Positions 1 through 14,000 of a stretch of DNA of 64,000 nucleotides are shown here, piece by piece. Under the pieces are notes generated by a model. The model made no database searches, was not told the origin of the DNA, and saw only the letters and a program-made list of their open reading frames with translations. The DNA comes from Convolutriloba macropyga. Its lineage: Eukaryota. The DNA is taken from contig NC_134479.1 of assembly GCF_964194025.1 (NCBI RefSeq), forward strand, positions 34,596,001 to 34,660,000. The letters run 5' to 3'. Each line of letters starts with the position of its first letter. Position 1 is the stretch's first letter. Both the position numbers and the translations under genes were made by a program.

Positions 1-36
1 GAAAACCGGTAAGCACAAAATATTTGATCCTTTCAG

Positions 37-141
37 TCACGAAAATTACACGTAACTATTCCTCAATTTGACTCTGTTGCTAAAATAAGAATGATCTTCG
101 GAACTGAACTCTCCAAGCTTGCTGTGAACAATTTTGTTTTT
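37..141 (+). CDS. candidate upstream exon of the receptor gene (SRKLHVTIPQFDSVAKIRMIFGTELSKLAVNNFVF)
   Basis: tttcag acceptor at 31-36, open frame, gtaagc donor at 142. Phase 0 fits only the alternative acceptor at 4875 or an exon hidden in the adjacent gap. Confidence 0.35.
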
Positions 142-159
142 GTAAGCTTGCGTCAACAA

Positions 160-289
160 NNNNNNNNNNNNNNNNNNNNNNNNNNNNNNNNNNNNNNNNN
201 NNNNNNNNNNNNNNNNNNNNNNNNNNNNNNNNNNNNNNNNNNNNNNNNNNNNNNNNNNNNNNNNNNNNNNNNNNNNNNNNNNNNNNNNN
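160..289. other. assembly gap (N run)
   Basis: 130 N. Confidence 1.
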
Positions 290-376
290 AGTAGTTGCTG
301 TTTTCTTGAGCTCCATTGTGTTAAGAGGTAAAGACCATTTATTTTTCATTTATAAGCTGCAGGGTTTCGTTAATGT

Positions 377-377
377 A

Positions 378-436
<59 letters not shown>
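377..436. repeat. (AG)n microsatellite, possibly the (CT)n 3' tail of the adjacent LINE
   Basis: direct reading; on the minus strand it is preceded by gaattaa. Confidence 0.95.
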
Positions 437-438
<2 letters not shown>

Positions 439-3400
439 AATTCCTCTAGGTATAAATAAACATCAAAATATAACACATGACAAAATTTCCTACTTTTAGA
501 GTTCAAGATCAGAAAGCGTCAAGTTATCATTGCATTATACATAAAACCATTGTACACTCAGAGAGGACAGTTTACGGATCCGACTGGATCACTGAGCACT
601 GCCCTTAATTCTTTTTTTTTACAATTGGATATGACTATTCAAAAAGATAAAAAATAATTTCGCTATTGAAAGATAATAGATGAAATTCTCAATTTTTTTG
701 ATGGAATTTTCAATTGTTGACAATATTTTTTACCCCTTTAGGGAACCCCGGCGACAGCAAATTGAATCATTTTGTTTTGTCTTTTTAATAACTTTAAAAA
801 AAAAACTCCGCGAAAGGTGTAAACAAAGTCGCAATTAGGAGACGATTGTTTTTGTTAATTCATAAATCGATGTAATTGTCTCTAATCTTGTGCACCAGAC
901 TGACAAACGAAAACCAGAGAGCTCATTATAGTTTGATGGTAGCACATTGTTTCCAATAAAAATTAAGTAATTTGGCGCCTCTGTATCTCAATGAATTCCT
1001 TTCGAACTTTCGTTTACACTTTGGTACTTTCAAAAACCATTTCAATGATATTCTTGTGGAATTGTTTGATCGGGATTCGAAAGAAAATAACTCATTAAGA
1101 TATGTATCTGTGAGCTTTTTATTTACTGATTTTATTACAAATTTAAGAAGTTCGTAAATATGCAATTCGTGAGCAGTTAAGACCTTGTATTTCTCAAGAA
1201 ACTGTGTTACATTTTCTGTGTTTTTCTGGAACAAAATGAGTCTGAAAATGTTTTTGCAATAGAACTAAAGGTTGAAGGGAAGTAAAGCTCACACATCCAT
1301 AAATCAGCACACCATATTGAGTGATTGGTTTGATATTTGATGAATAAAACTGGAGTAAAACACCTTTTGGTACATAATGCCTTAATTTTGACACTATTCC
1401 GCACTGCATTGCTAACTTTTTCTTCACATCCTCAATGTGCTCTGTGAATTTCATTTTTTTATCCAAACGCACTCCAAGATACTTGCAGCTTTCTGACTCA
1501 TGTATATTAACAGAATTTAATTTAAATACGGAAAACCTATTGACATTAGAGTCACTGTTTCCTATTTTAATATTCATTTGACAACTTTTTTTCAGGATTA
1601 AGAGACAGCTTGTTGGCATTCAGCTATTTCCCTACATTGACCAAATCCTTTTGCATTGATTCAAAATCACTATTGACTGCTGTTAAGTTGGTATCATCTG
1701 CGAAGAGAAAAGTTCGGAAGACTTGTCACACGTCTGGAATGTCATTTATGTATATTAAAAAAGTAGCGGGCCTAGTATCGAGCCTTGTGGAACACCACAG
1801 TTTAACTTCAGCCAGCTGGAGTTGCAAGTTTTGACTGAAGCACATTGCTGTCTTTCCGATAAATAATCACTAATCCATCTTAGGCAAACTCCTCTTATAC
1901 CATTTAGTTCAAGCTTTTGTAATAGGATTTGGTGGTCTATCATGTCAAAAGCCTTTCTTAAGTCCATAAAAAATGCGGCGACCTGACAATTGCGACTCTC
2001 ACGAACTTTTTCTGTTAATTTTACAATGGCATCAATAGTGCTATGTTTATTTTCGAAAACCAAATTAATTAGGATGGAACAAACCGAAAGTTTCAAAGTA
2101 AGTATAAATTCGATTATACATAACGCGTTCAAAAATTTTACTCCACACAATGAGAAGCGAAATTGGTCGGTAGTTATCTCCTCTTTCGCCCCTGCCTTGT
2201 GCAGAGGTACAATTTTAGTTTGTTTTAGAATACTTGGAAATTTACCGTCTTTAAAATATTTATTTACGAGATGAACAAAATGCTTGCAAATTAAAAAACC
2301 TGTTTTCCTAATCAAAATTGTACTAATATCATCAACTCCCGAAGATAATTTTTCTTTGAGATCCTCAATTATTTGCAAGATTTCGTTGCAATTTGTTTCA
2401 TAAAGCCACATACTCTGCAAAATATTAACCTCAGGATTAACAAAAATCTCATTTGGGATGTCTGCTTTTAGTTTTTGTCCTATACCTACAAAAAAAGTGT
2501 TGAGCTCGTTTGCAACATCTAGATTATCATCAAATCCTCTACCATCTTTTATTAGGTAAGGAACTTTAGAAATTTTAATAGTAACTCCCTTAAGCTGATT
2601 TAAAAATTTATAAACTTGTTTTGAGTCTCCGATGCATTTTGAGAACTTTTGCTAATAGTAAGAATTTTTTTTGGCTTTGATTGTTTTCTCCACTTTTTTC
2701 GTAGTGCTTTAAATTTCTCTAATTTTGGTTGTTCTGACGGTCCATTTTCCATGACTTGTGTAATTGATTTCTTTTGCAAATCAAATTTTTCATATTTTTA
2801 TCAAACCCATAAGGATTTTCTAATTGTGTTACTGCTTGACCTCCGATAAGGTGCAAACATTGCTCATACTTCTTTAAAAGTAATTTTAAATCTGTCAAAA
2901 GCACAGTTTATAGTTTCCGTTTCCTGGTATCTTATTGTAGCTAGTGATTTAGAAAGGTTATCAAGAAAAAAATACATTCTACTCAACGAATTTAAAAAAC
3001 TGGTGTCACGAAAACCAATTTCTGATGAACAACTTCTGCTAATCTTCTCAATTTCCAACACAATAGGAAAGTGCTCGCAATAATTGTGATCCTCCATCAC
3101 AAAAGTTTTCTGAATCCTTAAATTTTTTACGAAAAAGTGATCCAAACAAGTCGAGGTATTTCGGCTGATGTGAGTTGGCTCACGACAACATAGTTGAAAA
3201 CCATTTGATTGGATAGTCGATAGATATGATGACGTCATCAGATTTTTATCTAGCACGTTGTTGCTGAAGTCCCCACAGACAATTATTCTGTCATAACTTT
3301 CATTGATGTGTTCCAATGTTTTATCGAGCTCAAAAATGAAATTCTGCTTGTTATTTCTGGGGGGATTATATACCACTAACTGAGCAATCCTTAACTCTCC

Positions 3401-4800
3401 GAATTTCAAGTGAACCAAACGAGTTTCATTCAATTTGCAATTCAGCTCTTCAATCAAAGTCACCTCATCATTTATTTGGATCATAATACCTCCACCCCTA
3501 CCACTTCTTGATTTTGACAAGCAATTATTGTAATTTGTTACTTTGAATAAATTCGGATCATCATTAACTGTTAGCCAAGATTCTGTTAAACATATGACGG
3601 AAGGCGGAGACTCAAAAAAAGATATCAGTGCCTGTAATTCTTCATGATGTTTTTTAATGGATCTAGTATTTAAGTGTAAAATTTTGAAATGATTTGATGC
3701 AGATCTAATTTTGGTCGCTTTATTTAATCTAAGGGGTGAACTCTTATGTTCCAGACTCTTCTCAGCACTCTTCGCTCCGAAACGGCTGTTCCTCGATATC
3801 AGCAAGAATGGTCTCTTTGGCATTCGGCGAACCACTTATGAGACCCATAACAAAATCAAGCAATTCGTCTTTATCAGCTCTCCTGCTTTTTAGTTCCTCC
3901 ATTAGATTGGTATAGTCGCTGTTCTCAAAATTGTCACGCATAGGCTTTAGGGAAGGCATTTTTGTCGATAGAGGCGTACCAGGCTCAAAAAATGGCTGTT
4001 TTGTTAGCTTTGGAACAGGCGTGTTATAAATAATTTTATTGACTTCCATCGAACCCGCTGTTGTCGTTTATACTTGGCTTTGCTTTTGTGGTAGATTCTT
4101 TGGATAATTGAACATCTGGTCATTTTTACTAGCGATTGGTTGCAATTCAATAAAATCTTGAATAGAATTCAGTTCAAGATATCGCTTCATCCCATCCGAC
4201 TCGATCTGAACAAGTGGTGCCGATTTCTTCGTAGTAACCTTTAGCTGTTTTGCTTGAGCCTCCTCTTTCAATGACATGTCGTACTTGCTCAATCGCTCAA
4301 GAATAAAAACCGGTTTTCCATTATTTGGATTTCTCTAATTCCGTAGCAAACCCTTCCTAGTCCAGATTCTTTCCTTTTGGTCAAAATAGACGAACTTCGA
4401 GATAACTGGTGGCGGATTGAATGGCGATCCTCTGCCCAACGGATGGCACGCTTTTAAATCGCGCGGTTCAATGTTGACATTCAACACATTTTGAATAAGA
4501 TCAATAACATCTGAGAGGTAGGTTCCATTTGAACTAAACGGTAGATTTCGAAAAATTAGACAATCTTTTGATTGATATTTTTCGAGTTGATTAACTTTGA
4601 TCTTCATCGGTGCCACCTCAGATTCCAATTCGGCAATTCGTATATTTTTTGCAATATTTTCTTCAAATAGGGTTTTCAAAATTTCCTTAGATGGTTCATC
4701 AAGACTTTCACTCTCGTGCAATTTTCTCATCAGATCTCCCATGCCTCGCTGGCTCATCTCTAGAACTATTTAATAAGTTTATCACAACAATTAGGCTAAG
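437..4800 (-). mobile_element. near-full-length decayed LINE of the L2/CR1 group (Crack/Daphne-like)
   Basis: ORF1 4335-4757 (coiled coil then KDCLIFRNLP…ACHPLG). APE endonuclease 2864-3700 (HLNTRS, ICLTESWL, GRGGG, VYNPP, CGDF, LDHF). RT (DLRKAFD, GVPQGSILGPLLF, FADDT, KYLGV). Multiple frameshifts. Confidence 0.92.
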
Positions 4801-4862
4801 TAGAGGTATATTTACTTTAATTTCTGTGATACGAAATAATCCGGACATTGGTATTTTTCCAG

Positions 4863-5070
4863 GATCAAAGTTCAGGATCTCAAAGTGTCCAAATCGATTC
4901 CAACTACTCTTCTGGATGTCGATCGGATCCTGCATGAGGTGCCTCTCTTCGCCATAATCTCTGCATCCACCCACACTGAGACGTATTTAGCTCTGGCTAC
5001 TGTTGGTGGACAATATGCTGTTCCAGTGATTGACGCCGGAGTGGATAATCGCAAGGGATACTTTGCCTTG
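4863..5070 (+). CDS. receptor exon, amino-terminal domain (…LFAIISAST…QYAVPVID…)
   Basis: ttttccag acceptor (alternative ttcag at 4875), donor gtacgg (or gtaaat at 5077); resembles the ATD/PBP-type-1 fold start. Confidence 0.7.
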
Positions 5071-8000
5071 GTACGGGTAAATTCCAGGTTGAGGTCCCAG
5101 ACGGATTAGCTGTTCAAAATTCTGACCAAAGGCAACCTAAAAAAATTGTCAAAAGCAAAGGCCACTCTGTTCAAAACCTGGGCAAAGGTCAATTTAGTCG
5201 GGGTCCTCAAATTTGGCCAATCTTGCCGTGTTGTGTCTTGTTAATGTTGTCTTAGTTAAACCGATAACTCAAAAAATTGTAATTTTATTTTTTTCTTAAT
5301 TGTTGACTAGTTAAAACAAAGAATATTTTTAATAGGATCACGAAAACATTTTTTCTTAAAAAATGCCATTTTTCTACATTGTGACGTGCTATGTAACTTA
5401 ATTTGTAAGTGGGGTTCATAGAAAACATTTGGAGAGGTGGGGAGGGGGGCAAAATATGTCCCAAATTTGGTTTGGGAAATCAATAACCTGTTGTTCCGTT
5501 CCCACTTGGTTCGTTATAGGAGAACATCCAACTCTACTTCCACGTGGAAGAAGAGATCACGAGGAGCAAAGAGATCGAGGGTCTTGTGAGGGTGTTGAAT
5601 GCACTTTCGCTGCGGACCATGGGTGTCATTTATGAGGAGAAAGATCCCTATGACGTCTTTTATGAAGAGTTTGCTGAGAGTATCATCATGAATACGCAAG
5701 GTTGGTCCGGAGTCCAAGGTTTAGGGGAGGGGGTGGTAATTAATCACAAAATCTCGGACTAATGCATCTAAATTTTTATTTATGACTAATCTGTAATCAT
5801 TAATGATCTCTGTTCAACCAATTTAATTGGTTTCGCGTCAGTCATAAGTCATGGTCAATCATTGTAGTAAAGCTTAAGCTGAATGCATATAAAACAGAAT
5901 TATTGTTTTTGGCAAGAAATGATCAATAACAATTTCTATAAATCCGTCAGTAAACAATTGACGAAAAGACTGAAGCGAGATTTCTGGGAGTAACATGTGC
6001 TCTCTAAAGTGGCCCAAGGTATTAATTGTTTATCCAACTTGAAAGACTGCGTACCAACGCACTACTTCCTGTTATGATTAATTCTCTGGTAGTTGGCCAT
6101 TTGCAAAATTCAGCCCTATTATTGAGGATTATTGATAACAGCCTAATCGATATCTTTAGAAAAACAACTAAGCTTAACCTCCAAAATCGTGCTATAATTG
6201 TTCAAAATTCGAATTATCTATATAAATTAAGCTGCAATAAAAATTACTACCTGTTTGTTTCGGGCTCGACTGTAGATTGGCTTGCTATGTATACACTCTT
6301 CTTCCAACAACTAATCAAAGACGAGCCGTCAAAATGAATATCTCAACCTACTTTTGAAATTTAAGAGCTGGAAAATTTAGTCATCAAATATTAAGTAGGA
6401 GCAAAACTTTTATCCCGGAGAGCAATCTTGGAATTATATACAAATAACCCAAAAACAATTATACTATCTATCCAATTACTATAGCATATGAGATGCGAAA
6501 ACATGGCATGCTCATGAAAGATCCAGTTTTTTTGTTGCAATTTTAGAGTCGGCAAGACGTGGTGAGCTGGAGAACATCTTCACAGTGACGAATCAGTACA
6601 ACTTGACAATCCCTAACAACGAGGGATTCAGAGCTGCATGCAAAAGCCTCCTTCTGAATGATCAGACCACTTTGATCATCATTGGCAGCGCCAGGTTCCA
6701 TAGAAAGGTAATTAATGTTTCACAGAAAGATTACGGTTCCATAGAAAAGTTACTGTTCCACAGAAAGGTAACTACTGTTTCATAGAAAGATATCTGTTCC
6801 ATAGAAAAGGACTGTTCCACAGAAAGGTAACTACTGTTTCATAGAAAGATTACTCTATGCCATAGAAAGGTGACCGCTGCTTCTTAGAAAGTATACTTTT
6901 CCATATAAAGGTAACAGTTGTTTCATAGAAAGGTTGCTGTTTCACGGAAAGGTTACTGTTCTATAGAAAGGTAACTTCTGTTTCGTAGAAAGATTACTGT
7001 TCCATAGAATGGTAACACTGTTCATAGAAAGATTAATGTTTCATAGAAACGTTAATGTTCATAGAAATGTAACAACCACTTCGTAGAGAGATTACTGTAC
7101 CATAGGAAAATTACTGTTCTAGAGTAAAAGTAACTACAGTTTCATGGAAGATTACTATTTCGTGGAATATTTACTGATCCATAGAAAGGTAACAACTGTT
7201 TCATAGAAAGATTACTCGGATCTTTTCTGCTAGCGCCCCCCCCCCCCGCTTAGTTAGGCACACCCCATTTATAAATGTGTAAACATATTGTTAAAGCTAC
7301 GTAATCTTATACGTAACTTCTTAAGGAAACTATTCTAAAAGTGCCTTCAATCTACCTAGACAATCTTGTTTCAATGAAATGCAAATATCGCTCTCACAAT
7401 TCGCGAAAACTTAGATTTTGGGGGGTGCAAATTAAACGGCTATATAATGCTGGGGGGGGGGGCGCTAGCAGAAAAGATCCGATTACTCTTCCATAGCAAA
7501 TTTACTGATCGATAGAAATGAAACTACAAGTTTCATAGAAAGATTACAGTTCCTTTGAAGATTTTCTGATCCATGAAAGGCAACAACGGTTTCATAGACA
7601 AAAAAATGTTTCATGGAAAGATCACTGTTCCATAAAAAGGTAGCTACTGTAAGAAGAATATTAAAAGTTGCCCCTTTTTATGCAGAGTTTGTATCGTTTT
7701 TTTACTTCATATTACGCTGTAAAACGTACAATTTGGGGGCTTTTAGCAGTGACAACAGCTTCAATTAGCCCTAAATTGGTTTCTAGTTTGTTCAATAATT
7801 AATTAATATGTAATTTAGAATTCAAATTTTTCTCATGAGATTTTTTATTGATCATCTTAAATTATCCTACTCTTTAAAAAAGATAGTAATTCTACTTTTG
7901 ATGAAACTGAGTTTTGTAATCAAAACCCAAAAAGATGGAAAGCTGGAAAAAAAGTTTGAGATGCTTAACAAAATTTCTTTTCTGACTCTTTTGCCGGTAA

Positions 8001-11000
8001 CCAGAACCTGGGATATTGGGGGTTGTCCTCCAGAACAATTCCTGCGTAAAAAAGTAGAAAACATATTTGTGGCAACCTGAGGGCACGCTAAAACATCTGG
8101 TCAGTCCTCCTCTGAGTACCTAGAACTATGGCCTGATGCAATTTAGTTTATACTAAGTGGTGCTCTGTCGCAATGATTTAAGCCCTTAACGAGAGCTTGC
8201 AGGGCAAAGACCTGACTTTCCGTAAGGGGGAAAGATCTTTTCGTAACTATAAAATTGCAATTCTACCAATTTTGTAGAAGCTTTTTCATCTAATACATTG
8301 AGGATACATAAGAGGAAAGTTCTAGGATGAAAACTTTTAGTCGACAGGGTATCCTGCACCCAGGTTTTCTGCGAGATATTTCAAAATATTGTTTCCTGAA
8401 TATTGCATCCAACTCATTTATTCTTCAGTATAATTATTGTGTGAGGTTTGTTTCTCAGGTTTACAAGGAGTGCCAGGAATACATTGACAAGCACAGACCT
8501 GCCCTCATCAGCTCCAGTGACATCATGGCAGCTTCTCAGAAAGTCGTATCTCTCTTGCCCAACGGAATTCTCACATTAAAAGGCTCTTTTCTAGCAACGC
8601 CTTCTAAAAATTATTCGTAAACTTAAAAAATTAAACGTTGGACTCCATTGTGAGATTTTCGCAGAACACATCATGTTAGAATATCGATCAAACTATAGTC
8701 TTAAACTTAGTGAGAATTAGAAAGAAAGTTTGACTTACCAGATTAGAAAGACAAGCAATATGACTTTGATCAAAGAAATTATATAAATGAGTCGTCAAGA
8801 AATGGTGCTGAGAATCAAAATTCGGTTCAAATTGGTGAATCTAGATAACTATTATTAGAGTTAGATTAAGTGATGTAAAATCTTCCCAGCATGTATTAAA
8901 TGATGATGATATCTCCGGAAGTGTGAATGAATTCTTAGAAAAGTGCAAATGCATTCCATTTATGGTTCCCTTTGCGACTGATTTGCAGAAGCAAACCATA
9001 TTGGGTAACCTTTGCGACCCCCACTATAAATCACGGTGCTAAGATTAGTTTTGTATCTTGACTTTTTCACACTGATAATGGGTATATATATACAGCTGAT
9101 TTTTGAGTCCTTTTTCATCCCCAAATTCAAATCACCATCTTGATCTAATAATCAGATCTCTCCTGTAAATCTCTGAATTCTAATGTAAAAAATCATTCTT
9201 GTTATTCTCTCATTTTGAGAAACTATTTTTTTACTTAGTTAAAAACTCTTTTTATTCCGCTTGCGAAAACCCATAATCCAACAGGTTATGGGCCCAGCAA
9301 TTTTCTAAGTCATAAAATTGATTTCCAAAACAAAACCAATTTGTTGTTGACAGTCATAATCCTTTTCTGCTTAGTACCTTTTCTTTTCACAATTGTTTTG
9401 CCTGCTCAAACTTCAATGGATCAACAGACAGTGAAGCTGCTGACCTACACAGGAAAGGCACAGGACTTTCCAATCTGGAGCACAAGATTTGTGGCGATGA
9501 TGCAGACGAAGGGACTCTACAAATCACTACTGGGGACAGAGGAGCAACCCAATGAGCCTGCGCCACTGGCCAATGGGGCAACCAATGATGAGAAGAACCA
9601 CAAGGTGCTGAAGGATGCATATGAGAAGGAATTTGCAGACATCAAGGAGAACAATGTGTGGTGCCATCTGGCACTGACTCTAGATGCAACAACCCTCATG
9701 CTGATGAGACATGACTGTGTAGGAGATGATGGCATTGGAGATGGAGCAAAGGCTTGGAAGCTTTTGCAAGAGAGATTTCAGAGTGTGGAGACGCCGCCAG
9801 TGGTGACTTTAGTGGCACAGCTTGCTCGACTGCAGCTCGAGGATTCTGAGGATTTGGACAGCTTCTTCATCAGAGGACAGGAGTTGCTCACAAGGCTACA
9901 AGAAGCAGGGGAAGCAGTCTCAGAGACCCTCTTCAACGCCTTGGTCCTCAATAGTTTGCCAATGAGGTATGAAAGTTTTGTTATACAGGAAAGTTTCAAC
10001 CCGGCAACGAACTTCATAGAGTTGAGGAAAAGGCTGCAGAACTTTCATGAGAGCACGGTGCAGAGACACAAGGGACAAAGTGGTTCAGTGGCACTGGCAG
10101 TGAAGCGTGACTTCAAGAAGGGACCCAAGAAAGGAAACTGCTTTGTGTGTGGGATCCCTGGACACTTTGCCAAGGACTACAGGAAGAAGGAGACAGCACA
10201 ATGCAGCAAGTGTGGTGAGAAGGGTCACCTAGACAGGGCATGCAAGAGACAAAGAGATGGAGGCAAATATGAGTCAGTGGCAATGGGTCCAACATTGGCT
10301 ACACCAGACGAGGAGTGCTGGGCAGCTCTTACCCAGTGGAAGACAGCAGGCATGCTAGTGGACAGTAGTTGTACAGATCACATAGTGACGAACATCGATG
10401 CGTTTCTGGACTTTGTGCCCATTCAATCAGTGGTCAGAAATCCCAACGGAGAGGCTTCCAGAGTGGTGGGCAGAGGCTGTGTGAGGATCAGCATACCCTC
10501 AAACAAAGGGGAATTCCAATGCGAACTCAAAAATGTTCTGTGTGTGCCGGACTGTTCTTCAAACCTCCTATCAGTCTCAAGATGCACGGAGTGGGGACAT
10601 AGCTTCACTTTCGAGAGAGGAAACAGCTGCATGAAACTCCAGAAGGGAACTCGGGTAAAACTAACACAAAAAAATAATTTGTTTTACTTACCCTGCAGCG
10701 TTCTAGAATTCATGATGAGTTCCAACAGCGTGAAACTTGACAGTGCAAGGAAGTGGCACAGACGATTGTGTCATTTGAATCAAGCGGATGTGGTCAGGAA
10801 TGCACCAGAGACAGTGGGGGAACTCGATGATGTATGCAATGTGTGTGCACTGGCCAAGATCACAAAGACTCCAGTACCAAGAGTGGCAGAGACCCAAGCA
10901 GAAGAGAAGCTGGAGAGGGTGTTTACAGACGTGATGGGACCTTTCAGAGTAGAGTAACTGTCAGGGTTCCGGTTCTGCATTGTGTTTGCAGACCAGTACA

Positions 11001-14000
11001 CGAAGTTTGTGTTTGTGGACTTGCTTAATGCAAAGAGTGAAGCACTGGCCAGCCTGAAGAAATTTGTTTTCAGTGTGGTGACGCCCAAGAAGATGAGGCA
11101 AGACAATGCGAAGGAGTTTCTCTCAGAGCAGTTCAAGACGTACTGCTTAGATGCAGGCATTCTACAGGAAAAGACCATATCAGAGACGCCACAACAGAAT
11201 GGGTTAGCTGAGAGGTGCAACAGGACACTGCTAGAGATGGCAAGATGTTTGCTCATTGACTCAGGACTTCCCAAGATGATGTGGGGAGCAGCAATTCTTC
11301 ACGCAGCAAGGATCAGAAACTTGGTTGTGAGACGAGAAGAAAAATGCCCAGCAGAGCTGATGAGAGGTATAAAACCTAAGCTTCCAATTAGTAAATTATC
11401 TATTTTTGGTTGCACAGTCTTCATGAGGAAGAGGGACAGAGAAGTCAGCAAACTTGAACCCAAGGCACTGGAAGGAAAGTTTGTGGGTTACACTGAAGGA
11501 GAAAACGGATACCTGGTGTACATACCCAACACACGCAAGGTGATGGCAGTTCGAGATGTGATCATCAAGGAGTCTGAAGTGGGCTCAATCCCTGACAACA
11601 AAGAAACGGCTGACCTACTAGATGATGGGTCGGAACTGGGAATCTGGCACCCAGATGATGGTCATCAAGACGATGACAACAGAGAGCGACAGGACACATC
11701 TACTGCAATAAAGGAGGAGTGGCATGACGCAGGGAGCGTGAATACTCAAGAAACAACACTGAGACAAGAGGCCTCGGATGTTGGAGAAACAGCACTAGAT
11801 GAAGGATCTACTGCAACAAGAGGGAGTCACAGAGACTCAGAGTCACTGGAAGACAGTGACAGAGAAGACTTCTCACAGTTAGAGACAGTTGGCTTCAATG
11901 AAGATGCACTGGAACACGCGGACAGAGCAGAGCCCAGACGAGGGACACGAGCAAGGAATGTTCCGCAATTTTTTGGAGAAGTCAGGATCCATCTTGCTGT
12001 GACTGAGGGCGACTATGTGGAACCCAAAACAGTCTACGAAGCCAAGCAAGGTGACGATTGGGACCAGTGGCACCGGGCAATGAAGGACGAGGTCAAGGCA
12101 CTCCAAGACAACGAGACTTGGAACCTAGTGAGACCACCCACAGACAGGGACGTCATACCGGGCAAATGGGTCTACAAAATGAAATTGGGACCCAGTGGTC
12201 AAGTGGACAAATACAAAGCGCGCTATGTGGCGAAAGGCTTCAAACAAGTGGAAGGACTGGACTACTTTGAGACTTTTGCGCCTACCTGTAAGCCGGAGAC
12301 TTTCAGGATTCCACTTCAGCTATCAGCAAAGCAGGGCCATGTGATGCACCAATTTGATGTCAAGACTGCTTTCCTGCACTCACCAATCGAGGAAGAAGTG
12401 TATCTGGAACAGCCACAGGAGTTTGTAAAACGCGGATCAGATGGGGAGAAGTTAGTATGTCGACAAAATAAATCAATTTATGGTTTGAAACAGGCTGCTA
12501 ACAACTGGTACAGAGAGCTGGCAAACTTCCTACTGAGACAGGGGTTCACCAGAAGCAGGAACGATCACTGCTCGTTTGCAAGATCAGAGGCAGAGGATCA
12601 CACCTTCATCTTGGTCTGGGTTGACGACATCATAGTAGCATCAGGAAGTATGACAGTGGTCTCTGATGTCAAGAAGGCACTAGAAGCGACCTTTCACATG
12701 GAAGACAGAGGGAGACTACACTGGTTTCTGGGTCTAAGAATCAGACGAGAAGAGGGCAAAGTCACAGTCGACCAAGAACGCTACATAGAAACAATACTTG
12801 AGCGGTTTCAAATGGATCAAGGCAAACCCTCAAGAACTGCAGCTGATTTGAATTTGAAACTTCAGACAGCACAGAACGGAGACGAAGAAGTGGACCAGAG
12901 GATCTACAGAAGCTTGGTTGGATCACTTCTGTATCTGGCCAAACAGACGAGGCCAGACATCATGTTCACCGTCAACATTCTGTCCAGACACATGAATGCA
13001 CCTACCAATCAACACTGGATGTGCGGAAAACGACTTCTGCGATATCTTCAAGGTTCAAAAGGTTTAAAACTTACTTACACAAAAGAGGCTAGTTATGATT
13101 GAGTGGGGGAAAGTGATGCAGACTGGTCTGGAGACGTGAACGACCGAAAATCAACAACGGGCTATTACTTCAAGCTCAACGGACGTGGCGCAGCACTCAG
13201 CTGGGGTGTCAAGAAGCAGGCCACAGTTGCTCTTTCTTCATCAGAAGCAGAATATCATGGCATGGCAGCAGCAGTTTAGGAAGCACTCTACCTGAAACAA
13301 CTTCTAGAGGATTTTGGCATCCAACAGAAACGTCCAATAGCAATTGGAGAGGACAACCAAAGTTGTATCAGACTTTGCCAAAACCCAGTCATGCACAAGA
13401 GGAGCAAGCACATCGAGACAAAGTTCCACTTCATTCGTGACATGACGGAGGATGGGACTATTTCAATTCATTACGTTCCTACCCACAAAATGGCAGCGGA
13501 CATCTTCACAAAGTCCTTACCCGTTTCGAAAGTGGAAACCTTCATAGCAGTTTTGATGGGAACAGACTCTACGCAATCAGCTCAAGTCTGAGCGGGGGTG
13601 TTAGAATATCGATCAAACTATAGTCTTAAACTTAGTGAGAATTAGAAAGAAAGTTTGACTTACCAGATTAGAAAGACCAGCAATATGACTTCGATCAAAG
13701 AAATTATATAAATGAATCGTCAAGAAATGGTGCTGAGAATCAAAATTCGGTTCAAATTGGTGAATCTAGATAATTATTATTAGAGTTAGATTAAGTGATG
13801 TAAAATCTTCCCAGCATGTATTAAATGATGATGATATCTCCGGAAGTGTGAATGAATTCTTAGAAAAGTGCAAATGCATTCCATTTATGGTTCCCTTTGC
13901 GACTGATTTGCAGAAGCAAACCATATTGGGTAACCTTTGCGACCCCCACTATATATCACGGTGCTAAGATTAGTTTTGTATCTTGACTTTTTCACACTGA

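Noticed and set aside
6026-6337. ORF starting FIQLERL that resembles an ATD strand
   Set aside because: No good splice sites; the flanking exons already join in phase
10955-10957. Programmed read-through stop in Copia
   Set aside because: It falls inside the integrase core and two more stops follow, so it is simple decay
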